A stretch of 32,000 nucleotides of DNA from Coprobacillaceae bacterium. GTDB lineage: Bacteria > Bacillota_I > Bacilli_A > Erysipelotrichales > Coprobacillaceae. A program made the translations under genes and the position numbers. Shown here in pieces: positions 8,949 through 15,795 of the stretch. Location of the stretch: contig OY780959.1 of assembly GCA_963675915.1 (NCBI GenBank), forward strand, positions 1,560,001 to 1,592,000. Direction: 5' to 3'. The notes under the pieces were generated by a model. The model did no database searches. It had not been told where the DNA came from and saw nothing but the letters and a program-made list of their open reading frames with translations. Numbering within the stretch: the stretch's first letter is position 1; each line of letters opens with the position of its first letter.

Positions 8949-10601
8949 CTATTCAACACCCAGGATAAATGAATACACCGGCTGTTTTCCATCGATTACA
9001 TCCAATTCAAGATCATAATTGTCTTCAATGAAACTGGTAATATCTTCAATTTCATCATCATTGACATCTTCTCCGACAACCATGGTGATCAGTTCGTCCT
9101 CATCTTCATCAACCAGGTTTTTAACTACGTCCTTCAGGGCATCCAGACGGATGGAATTAGAAGATACGATTTTGCCATCACAGATTGCCATGAACTGGTT
9201 TTTCAAAATATTGACCCCGTCGATATTCGTATCCTTGATTGCAAAAGTGACCTGACCGGTCTTGACATTCGACTTCGCGTCCTCCATGTTGGCCACGTTG
9301 TTTTCCAATGTATCATCAGGATTGTACATTACGCATGCCGACAAACCTTGGGGAATCGTCTTGGTTGGAATTACAATCACATTGACCTCACCCTCGAGAA
9401 TATCAGCTGCCTGATTGGCAGTCATCACGATATTAGAATTGTTAGGCAGGACGATTACACTATTCGCATTCAAAGCTCTGATTTCTTTGACCAGACTTTC
9501 AGTCGAAGGGTTCATAGTCTGTCCCCCGGAAACAACACCGTCACAGTGAAGTTCCCTGAATGCCGCTTCAACTCCAGAACCCGCACAAACAGCCAGAATA
9601 GCCACTTCCTTGGCCTCTTGCTTGACAATGGTCTTGTCATCAACCCCGACTATCGATCCATCAGCCAGACTGTCAGCCTGTTCCTGCATGTTCTCAATCT
9701 TGATTTTGACAAATTCACCAAAACGTTGGGCCAGGTTAAGGGCATTACCCGGTTTAAGTGTATGGACATGAACTTTGACGATTTCTTCATCCTGAACACA
9801 AACAATTGACTCACCGGGAATCCGGGCCAATTCTTTTTTCAGTTGATCTTCATTGAAACTGTCAATCAGATGATCATCAAGACGGATGATGAACTCTGTA
9901 CAATAACCATATCCCTCTTTCTGGTTTTCCAAAACAGAACCCTGAACTCCGGCAACCGCCGAACCTGAATCCTGTCCCAGTTCGACAAAACCGCCATCAA
10001 GTACCGCTTTGAAACCTTTGAACACTTCCAATAATCCCGCTCCGCCGGAATCGACAACCCCGACTTCCTTCAGGACCGGAAGCAATTCCGGAGTATGTTC
10101 CAGCGACTTGTCGCAGGCTTCGATAAAGTAATCGAATACTTCTTCGATAGTGTGGTTTTCAGTTGCGAATTCAACGACAGCATCGCCACCCTCACGGATA
10201 ACCGTCAGGATTGTTCCTTCGACCGGACGCATCACCGCCTTATAAGCTATGTGGGCTCCGTTTTTCAAAGCCGCCGCCAGTTCGATGGCATTAACCTTCT
10301 CAGATTCAGCGACTCCCATTGAAATCCCTCTGAATATCTGGGAAAGAATGACCCCCGAGTTCCCTCGGGCTCCCATCAACAATCCTTTAGACAGTTTTTT
10401 GGCAACCTGATTGATTCCCGCATTATTCAAATTTTTGATTTCAGCAGCTCCGGCCGAGAACGTCATTGACATGTTTGTCCCGGTATCTCCATCAGGTACC
10501 GGGAAAACGTTGAGAGCATCAATTTTGACATGTTCATTTTGAAGCTGGTTGGCTCCTGAAATTATCATTTTCACAAAATCATTACCGTTTAAAAATTGCA
10601 T
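8949..10601 (-). CDS. yloV: DAK2 domain fusion protein (YloV family)
   Basis: 550 aa. N-terminal DAK2 motif (DGDTGTNM). Sits directly downstream of asp23, as in other Bacillota. Confidence 0.85.
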   Translation of the reverse strand: MQFLNGNDFVKMIISGANQLQNEHVKIDALNVFPVPDGDTGTNMSMTFSAGAAEIKNLNNAGINQVAKKLSKGLLMGARGNSGVILSQIFRGISMGVAESEKVNAIELAAALKNGAHIAYKAVMRPVEGTILTVIREGGDAVVEFATENHTIEEVFDYFIEACDKSLEHTPELLPVLKEVGVVDSGGAGLLEVFKGFKAVLDGGFVELGQDSGSAVAGVQGSVLENQKEGYGYCTEFIIRLDDHLIDSFNEDQLKKELARIPGESIVCVQDEEIVKVHVHTLKPGNALNLAQRFGEFVKIKIENMQEQADSLADGSIVGVDDKTIVKQEAKEVAILAVCAGSGVEAAFRELHCDGVVSGGQTMNPSTESLVKEIRALNANSVIVLPNNSNIVMTANQAADILEGEVNVIVIPTKTIPQGLSACVMYNPDDTLENNVANMEDAKSNVKTGQVTFAIKDTNIDGVNILKNQFMAICDGKIVSSNSIRLDALKDVVKNLVDEDEDELITMVVGEDVNDDEIEDITSFIEDNYDLELDVIDGKQPVYSFILGVE

Positions 10602-10613
10602 ATATTATTTCTC

Positions 10614-10970
10614 CTACTCTATTACGCGAACTTCTTGGACATAAATATTCACGGATTCGATATTGACATCAAGAGTAGTCTCAACAACATATTTAACTTT
10701 CTTTTGAACTCCTTGAAGTACTTCAGTCAGTTTCATTCCATAACCAAGCATCACATATAAATCCAGGATCAGTCCGGTTGTACCGGTTTTGACAACCACC
10801 CCTTTGGCGTAGTTTTCTATCCCAAGCAAATCGTGGTATCCATCCTTGAATACTTTCTGGCTGGCCATCCCGACAACACCGTAGCACTCGGTTGCCGCAC
10901 TTCCGGCGACAGTGGCAACTACATCCAAGGATATATTGATTGTTCCCATATTATTGATCTTTTCAATCAT
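10614..10970 (-). CDS. Asp23/Gls24-family envelope stress protein (YloU-like)
   Basis: 118 aa. Asp23-family N-terminus (VATVAGSAATECYGVVGMAS). AGGAGG SD present. Confidence 0.8.
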   Translation of the reverse strand: MIEKINNMGTINISLDVVATVAGSAATECYGVVGMASQKVFKDGYHDLLGIENYAKGVVVKTGTTGLILDLYVMLGYGMKLTEVLQGVQKKVKYVVETTLDVNIESVNIYVQEVRVIE

Positions 10971-10996
10971 GATTGTGCCTCCTAATTAATACTATT

Positions 10997-11025
10997 ATTA
11001 TACGCTTTTTAGGATAATAATACAA
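10997..11025 (-). promoter_or_regulatory. Candidate promoter P1 for asp23-yloV (TTGTAT-17-TATAAT)
   Basis: On the minus strand, ttgtat at 11025-11020, a 17-nt spacer, then tataat at 11002-10997. Confidence 0.5.
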
Positions 11026-11053
11026 CGAAGATAATCGAATCACCGCTTGATAA

Positions 11054-11082
11054 ATACTATCATTAAATATCCAGGCTGTCAA
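11054..11082 (-). promoter_or_regulatory. Candidate promoter P2 for asp23-yloV (TTGACA-17-TAGTAT)
   Basis: On the minus strand, ttgaca at 11082-11077, a 17-nt spacer, then tagtat at 11059-11054. Confidence 0.45.
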
Positions 11083-11190
11083 TTTGTCCGACTCATCGCT
11101 CTAAATTCGAGTCAAAATCAAAGTTAACGGTACCAAAGTGGCAAAATCGTAATATTGATAAGATTAATCGAACTTTTTTAATGTTTGGTT

Positions 11191-11249
11191 AATTGAAAAC
11201 TGAAGTTCCACTTTGTTTGATTAACTTCCACTCTTAGTATTTGTTTGAA
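11191..11249 (+). repeat. Two tandem degenerate copies of the IS end sequence (AATTG..GAAnTTCCAC..TTTGTTTGA)
   Basis: Copy A is aattgaaaactgaagTTCCACtTTGTTTGATT at 11191-11222. Copy B is aacTTCCACtcttagtaTTTGTTTGAa at 11223-11249. The true IS end is aattgcgaaaTTCCACccttgtgttatcaagTTTGTTTGATT at 11381-11422. Same block order and orientation in all three. Confidence 0.5.
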
Positions 11250-11270
11250 AATTGATATCCGAATATTTCG

Positions 11271-11309
11271 AATTATATCTATTATTTTTACCAATATATA
11301 GATATAATT
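11271..11309. repeat. Perfect 12-bp AT-rich inverted repeat with a 15-nt spacer
   Basis: aattatatctat (11271-11282) and atagatataatt (11298-11309). Confidence 0.6.
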
Positions 11310-11438
11310 GAATTAGTAAATAAGAATTGAATGATTTTTGGGCGCACTAAAAATCAGTGTGATTTTTCGAATTTTTTTTGAATTGCGAAATTCCACCCTT
11401 GTGTTATCAAGTTTGTTTGATTTCCCTGGATAGATTCT

Positions 11439-12740
11439 TTATTTATTTGATATCAATAATCGTGATAAAGTGATATCATCCGGTCTTATGTATGAAACAT
11501 CTAATTTTGTAGCTGCTTCAATCGAGTATAGTGTCGTGAATAATAAATATGGTGGTTTATCATTCAAAGACTTTCGTGCATAAGAATTAATGTGAGACAT
11601 CATTAAGTTGATGTCTTTTTGCTTGTATTCATCCCAGGATTTGCCCTTGGGGACGAAATATCTAATGAACCTATGATTGTTCTCACATTCACCTTTTTCT
11701 TCAGGCGCTGATGGATGACAGTAGAAAATGTAGGTTCTTCTTTCACCTTTGTCATTGAATTCAATAGCGGCAGGATTTGAAAATTCCGACCCATTGTCTG
11801 TCAAAATTATCGGAAACAATTTTTTGAACTGATCATGACCCAGCACCTCATAGATATGATTGAAATAGTTTGTAACTGAGGCCGAATCGTTAAAATCGCG
11901 TTTTATGGCGATCATGAAAGAAGAATTGTTGAAGTGGAGGGTAAGCAAGCAGGCGCCACCCTTGGTTCCTTCGACACTGTCCATTTCAACTACGGCGACA
12001 CTAGGGTGCTGTTCAATGAAACTCTGATAATCTTCATAGGTCCTACCTTCAAGGCATTTTTTGTCAACCTTGTATTGCTTGGATTTCTTCCTTCTAGGTG
12101 CAAACTTGACTTTTCGAGTAAGATCAATGTTACGGATATTTAAAATACAGGCATCAACCAAATTGTACAGAGTTTTTTCGCTAACCATCAGTTCATCTTT
12201 ATGATTAATGAAAACGTGATGGATGGACTGATGCTTGTTTTTTACAAGATCACCGAGAATCGAGTTCAATCGTTCAATTTGAGCTTCATCAATAATAAAT
12301 CCGGATCTTGATTCACTTAATCTAAGATCATGCTTTTTCTGAGCTGATTCGCTAAAATAGTAATGCTTTGACAATGGGCATTTGTGTTTGCTATCGCAGC
12401 TATTGCAGACATACGGTGCTTTCAACAACGTCGGGCAGGATTCTCTTTGGTATTTTGAACATTGAGTGACACATAACCCACAGAATTTGCACTTAATTTT
12501 TCTTCGTCGATTGCAAGTTTGACAAGCGAAGTTTTCGGAACAATCATATCGATTAATGCAGTCGTTGAAACCATAGCCAAACCTGCCAGTATTTTTAATT
12601 GTGAAATTACGCCTTACCTCTTTAGATATGGTAGTGCAGTCCTTGCCAAGTTGAATACCAATGGCTTTAAAAGAACAACCGCTATTAAGAGAATTCTCAA
12701 TGATCTTGCGATCATCTAGAAGTAAATGTTTGTTTCTCAT
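11439..12740 (-). CDS. IS30-family DDE transposase with an N-terminal HTH and a Cys-rich insert
   Basis: IS30 hallmarks are present: ILTDNGSEF, then HPSAPEEKGECENNHRFIRYFVPKG, which matches the IS30 pattern P..P..KG..EN.N..IR...PKG. I prefer ATG 12740 (MRNKHLLLDDRK, GAAGGGAG SD) over the track start at 12818. Confidence 0.8.
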   Translation of the reverse strand: MRNKHLLLDDRKIIENSLNSGCSFKAIGIQLGKDCTTISKEVRRNFTIKNTGRFGYGFNDCINRYDCSENFACQTCNRRRKIKCKFCGLCVTQCSKYQRESCPTLLKAPYVCNSCDSKHKCPLSKHYYFSESAQKKHDLRLSESRSGFIIDEAQIERLNSILGDLVKNKHQSIHHVFINHKDELMVSEKTLYNLVDACILNIRNIDLTRKVKFAPRRKKSKQYKVDKKCLEGRTYEDYQSFIEQHPSVAVVEMDSVEGTKGGACLLTLHFNNSSFMIAIKRDFNDSASVTNYFNHIYEVLGHDQFKKLFPIILTDNGSEFSNPAAIEFNDKGERRTYIFYCHPSAPEEKGECENNHRFIRYFVPKGKSWDEYKQKDINLMMSHINSYARKSLNDKPPYLLFTTLYSIEAATKLDVSYIRPDDITLSRLLISNK

Positions 12741-12836
12741 CAGAAACACTCCCTTCAATGGTTCAGGGAAATCTATACTTAAATTATACAGCTTCATATT
12801 TGTAAGGTTAAGTTCCATGTGAGTTTTGTATAAATT

Positions 12837-12869
12837 AATTCCACCCCTAAAATATACTGGGGTGGAATT
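12837..12869. repeat. Perfect 11-bp stem, 11-nt loop hairpin at the transposase-proximal IS end
   Basis: aattccacccc (12837-12847), loop taaaatatact, then ggggtggaatt (12859-12869). The outer arm is part of the terminal IR. Confidence 0.8.
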
Positions 12870-12913
12870 TCAAATTACAATTAAATCTTTTTTAATGTTT
12901 TTTGCAATAGTTC

Positions 12914-12942
12914 TTGATTTATTAGCAAGTTAATGCTATTAT
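12914..12942 (+). promoter_or_regulatory. Sigma-A-type promoter for rpmB (TTGATT-17-TATTAT)
   Basis: ttgatt at 12914-12919, a 17-nt spacer, then tattat at 12937-12942. Lies 45 nt upstream of the rpmB ATG and outside the IS. Confidence 0.6.
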
Positions 12943-12987
12943 GTTTTAGCACATGAAATACTACTAAAAAAGGAGGGTAACATAAAT

Positions 12988-13173
12988 ATGTCTAGAAAAT
13001 GTCAAGTTAGCGGAAAAGGACCTATGTCTGGTAATACTCGTTCTCATGCTTTGAATTCTTCAAGAAGAAAATGGAACGTGAACTTACAAAAAGCCACTAT
13101 TTTAGTAGATGGCAAACCTAAAAAAGTTAAAATCTCAGCTAGAGAATTAAGAACTTTAAGAAAATCTGCATAA
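12988..13173 (+). CDS. rpmB: 50S ribosomal protein L28
   Basis: 61 aa reading [35 protein letters not shown], a canonical L28. AAAGGAGGG SD present. Confidence 0.95.
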   Translation: MSRKCQVSGKGPMSGNTRSHALNSSRRKWNVNLQKATILVDGKPKKVKISARELRTLRKSA

Positions 13174-13184
13174 CACATAAAACG

Positions 13185-13208
13185 ACAGCACTCCGGTGCT
13201 GTTTTTTG
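13185..13208 (+). terminator. Intrinsic terminator after rpmB
   Basis: Stem acagcac/gtgctgt with loop tccg, followed by TTTTTGTTT. Confidence 0.8.
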
Positions 13209-13225
13209 TTTGTCAAAAATCCGCC

Positions 13226-13252
13226 CGAAACAAAAGGAGCCCGAAGGCTCCC
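13226..13252 (-). terminator. Intrinsic terminator after the ABC transporter operon
   Basis: The minus-strand RNA forms ggagcc-UUCG-ggcucc, followed by UUUUGUUU. Confidence 0.75.
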
Positions 13253-13272
13253 TAATTATTCATAATATCGTT

Positions 13273-14001
13273 CTAGTCATGCAATACGCGTGACAGGAAC
13301 AGTTGACAACGTTCTGATTTTGGATGATTGAAGATATGATCAGGACTTCCTTCTTCAACAATGTATCCGCCGTCCATGAAAATAACCCGATCAGCGATGT
13401 CGCGGGCAAATCCCATCTCATGGGTAACCACAACCATGGTCATCCCTTCATCAGCCAATTCCTTCATGGTATCAAGAACATCTCCGACCATTTCCGGGTC
13501 AAGCGCACTTGTCGGTTCATCGAAAAGCATGATTTTCGGATTCATTTCCAAAGCCCGGGCAATGGCAACCCTTTGTTTTTGCCCCCCTGAAAGCGTTGAT
13601 GGATATGCTTCTTTCTTCTCAAGCAGTCCGACCTTGTCAAGAAGTTCTTCAGCTCGCTTTTCAGCTTCGGCTTTTTTCATTTTCTTAGTCAACAATGGCG
13701 CCAGCGTCATATTGTCGAGCACATTGTAATTCGGGAATAGATTGAAATGCTGGAAAACCATCCCGATTTTTTCTCTGAACTTGTCCAGATTGTTGGTTTT
13801 GAGGATATCTTCCCCAAAAATATTGATTTCGCCACCCTGAGCTTCCTCAAGACGGTTAAGACAACGTAGCAACGTAGATTTACCAGAACCAGAAGGTCCG
13901 ATGATGCAGACAACCTCACCCTCATCGATATTGAAGGAGACATCTTTCAATACCACATTGGCACCGTAAGATTTTTTCAGATTTTTAACCTCGATAATCA
14001 T
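13273..14001 (-). CDS. Polar amino-acid ABC transporter, ATP-binding protein
   Basis: 242 aa. Walker [10 protein letters not shown], signature LSGGQKQR, Walker [12 protein letters not shown]. GlnQ/ArtP-like. Confidence 0.9.
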   Translation of the reverse strand: MIIEVKNLKKSYGANVVLKDVSFNIDEGEVVCIIGPSGSGKSTLLRCLNRLEEAQGGEINIFGEDILKTNNLDKFREKIGMVFQHFNLFPNYNVLDNMTLAPLLTKKMKKAEAEKRAEELLDKVGLLEKKEAYPSTLSGGQKQRVAIARALEMNPKIMLFDEPTSALDPEMVGDVLDTMKELADEGMTMVVVTHEMGFARDIADRVIFMDGGYIVEEGSPDHIFNHPKSERCQLFLSRVLHD

Positions 14002-14650
14002 ATTTCATTCTCCTTTCGATAAGTTTTGAAATCATTGTCAATGCCGTAACGATGATTAGATAGAAGATTACGGCATAAGTATAAATGTAGAACGGTTGAT
14101 ATGTTCTTGCAACGATAATTTGCGAATTCATCATCAACTCACGAACCGTGATGACCGACAGAATCGATGTATCTTTCAAGGTCGAGATAAATTGGTTCAT
14201 GATTGATGGAACCATGATTTTAACCGCTTGAGGCAAGATGACATGGGTCATAGTTTGACGGTATGGAATCCCCAATGAACGAGCCGCTTCCATCTGACCG
14301 AAGTCAACCGCTTGAATCCCGGCTCTGAATATTTCACACAAGAATGCCGACGAATTGATTGCCAGGATGATTACAGCCGCATTGAATACCGGAATGGTAA
14401 ACCCAAACAATGACGGAATCCCAAAATAAAGGTACATCGCCAGAACGAACACCGGAATCCCCCGGATTACGCCAACATAGAAAGCTGCAATCTTTGACAA
14501 AACTTTATTGTGAGAGATCGACATCAACCCGAAAACAAGACCAAGGATTACCCCGAAAAACAAGGCGACTACTGCAATGGCAATGGTCATTCCCAAACCG
14601 CTCATCAACTCGGGCAAGTATTTGACAAACAGCGAAATAAATTCACTCAT
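13985..14650 (-). CDS. Polar amino-acid ABC transporter, permease (His/Glu/Gln/Arg/opine family)
   Basis: Multi-TM protein with an EAA loop ([23 protein letters not shown]). I prefer ATG 14650 ([16 protein letters not shown]) over the track start at 14680. Overlaps the ATPase gene by 17 nt. Confidence 0.85.
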   Translation of the reverse strand: MSEFISLFVKYLPELMSGLGMTIAIAVVALFFGVILGLVFGLMSISHNKVLSKIAAFYVGVIRGIPVFVLAMYLYFGIPSLFGFTIPVFNAAVIILAINSSAFLCEIFRAGIQAVDFGQMEAARSLGIPYRQTMTHVILPQAVKIMVPSIMNQFISTLKDTSILSVITVRELMMNSQIIVARTYQPFYIYTYAVIFYLIIVTALTMISKLIERRMKYDYRG

Positions 14651-14730
14651 ATAAACTCCTCCATATTCAGAATATAACAAAGTCTCATTGAAACAACTGG
14701 AATTTTTATGCCAGCTGCTTCAACAAGCAA

Positions 14731-14764
14731 TTAAAAAACAAAACTCACAAATAATTGTGAGTTT
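14731..14764 (-). terminator. Intercistronic intrinsic terminator or attenuator between the binding-protein and permease genes
   Basis: The minus-strand RNA forms aaacucaca-auuauu-ugugaguuu (9 bp), followed by UGUUUUUU. Confidence 0.6.
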
Positions 14765-14780
14765 GCTCAATACATGATAA

Positions 14781-15536
14781 TTAGATGTATTTACTCAAGA
14801 TTTCGTCATAAGTTCCGTTTTCTTTGATCTTAGCCAGACCTTCGTTGAACTTAGCCAATAAATCTTGATTCGCACCTTTTTTAACTGCGAATGCGTAAGG
14901 AACACCGTCTCCTACAGTCTCAATGGCAACTTGTAATCCAGTTTGAATTCCTTCATTGATTTGGTAAGCAATTACCGGATAATCTTCCAATAAGAAATCA
15001 TTGTTTCCATTTTGAACTGCCAAGAACATTGATGGAGAATCCGTATAATATTGAATTGAGAAACCGTATTGGTCGGCATTTTCTTCAGCCCATGTAGCTC
15101 CACGAGTACCTTGTTTTACTGCCGCAGAAGTACCTTCAAGATCATCGAAACTTGAAATTGAATCATCATTTTCGTTAGCTACCAAAGCCAGTGCCGAATC
15201 ATAATATCCATCTGAGAAATCCACTGCTTCTTTTCTTTCTTCAGTAACTGAAATCCCGGCAATAGCGCCATCTAATGCACCGGATTGCAGTCCTGGAATA
15301 ATTCCTGAGAAATCTTGTGGTGTCAATGTATAGTCGAAATCAGCAACAGCTGCCACTGCTTCTAGAATTTCAACATCGATACCTACATAAGTCCCATCAA
15401 CTTCCATTGAAAACGGTGCATATTTTGCATCGCATCCAATTTCAAAAACATCACCTTCAGTTGTGCTTGAACTACAAGCTGCAAGACCAACTGCCAGTGA
15501 ACCCGCCATAAGGGTTTTAACTAATTTTTTAAACAT
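14781..15536 (-). CDS. Polar amino-acid ABC transporter, substrate-binding lipoprotein (family 3)
   Basis: The true start is probably ATG 15536 (MFKKLVKTLMAGSLAVGLAAC|SSS, signal peptide with lipobox LAAC), with GGAAGGTGA SD 5 nt upstream. The track's 50-aa N-terminal extension has no support. Confidence 0.85.
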   Translation of the reverse strand: MFKKLVKTLMAGSLAVGLAACSSSTTEGDVFEIGCDAKYAPFSMEVDGTYVGIDVEILEAVAAVADFDYTLTPQDFSGIIPGLQSGALDGAIAGISVTEERKEAVDFSDGYYDSALALVANENDDSISSFDDLEGTSAAVKQGTRGATWAEENADQYGFSIQYYTDSPSMFLAVQNGNNDFLLEDYPVIAYQINEGIQTGLQVAIETVGDGVPYAFAVKKGANQDLLAKFNEGLAKIKENGTYDEILSKYI

Positions 15537-15552
15537 AATAATCACCTTCCTA

Positions 15553-15589
15553 TATTGTATACAATACACGACAAACCCGTTACTGTCAA
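15553..15589 (-). promoter_or_regulatory. Candidate promoter (TTGACA-17-TATTGT) with a perfect 14-bp palindrome over the -10/TSS region
   Basis: On the minus strand, ttgaca at 15589-15584, a 17-nt spacer, then tattgt at 15566-15561. The palindrome TATTGTATACAATA at 15553-15566 covers the -10 and the expected start site. Confidence 0.5.
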
Positions 15590-15748
15590 CGAATTTCAAA
15601 CCAAATGTAACCGCATACAATGATATCCGAGCATTTTCATATTCTCGGTCTAAATTTCCCTTGATTATTTGTGCCGGCGACATCAATAAACCCTCTTCTC
15701 ATCAGCTTGGATTGCCCCAATTTTTATCTACGTAATTTTCAATAATAC

Positions 15749-15782
15749 AAAAAAAAGGCGCCGACATTTCAGCCGACAGCCT
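15749..15782 (-). terminator. Possible intrinsic terminator after dnaJ
   Basis: An imperfect stem in ggcugucggcugaaaugucggcgcc (several G-U pairs), followed by U8 on the minus strand. The stem is weak. Confidence 0.4.
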
Positions 15783-15795
15783 ATATTTGTTAAAA

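Larger units (their letters stand above)
11381..12876 (-). mobile_element. IS30-family insertion sequence (about 1.5 kb, boundaries approximate)
   Basis: A single DDE transposase ORF flanked by imperfect terminal inverted repeats. Left is AATTGCGAAATTCCACCC (11381-11398). The reverse complement of 12860-12876 is AATTTGAAATTCCACCC. By eye it is more AT-rich than its neighbours. No clear target-site duplication found. Confidence 0.65.

Noticed and set aside
11040-11380. A search for a small protein, type I toxin or small RNA gene in the long ORF-free spacer next to the IS.
   Set aside because: Only very short ORFs without an SD are present (for example a 16-codon ATG ORF at about 11331). There is no convincing promoter plus terminator pair for an sRNA. 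The region is better explained by promoters for asp23 and IS-end relics.
12946-12967. TTAGCAC...ACTAA upstream of rpmB, resembling a CIRCE half-site.
   Set aside because: Only the left arm (TTAGCAC) matches. There is no inverted GTGCTAA arm at N9 spacing, and rpmB is not a heat-shock gene.
15537-15686. N-terminal extensions in the ORF track: the binding protein +50 aa, the transposase 12741-12818, the permease 14651-14680, mreD 30969-31007, mreC 31807-31854, recG 8829-8834 and hemW 21628-21630.
   Set aside because: Internal starts have proper SD spacing and give canonical N-termini such as a lipoprotein signal peptide or a TM anchor. The extensions overlap predicted promoters or 5' UTRs.
15590-15748. 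A possible T-box or riboswitch leader upstream of the ABC transporter. The minus-strand GCUGAUGAGAAGAGGG resembles the GA-motif start of T-box Stem I, and CCGAGAAUAUGAAAAUGCUCGG resembles a distal stem.
   Set aside because: No T-box sequence (GGUGGNACC), F-box, terminator/antiterminator pair or SD-sequestering helix could be found. A good TTGACA-17-TATTGT promoter lies downstream of it, which would put this stretch outside the transcript. Infernal or Rfam could still be run to be sure.
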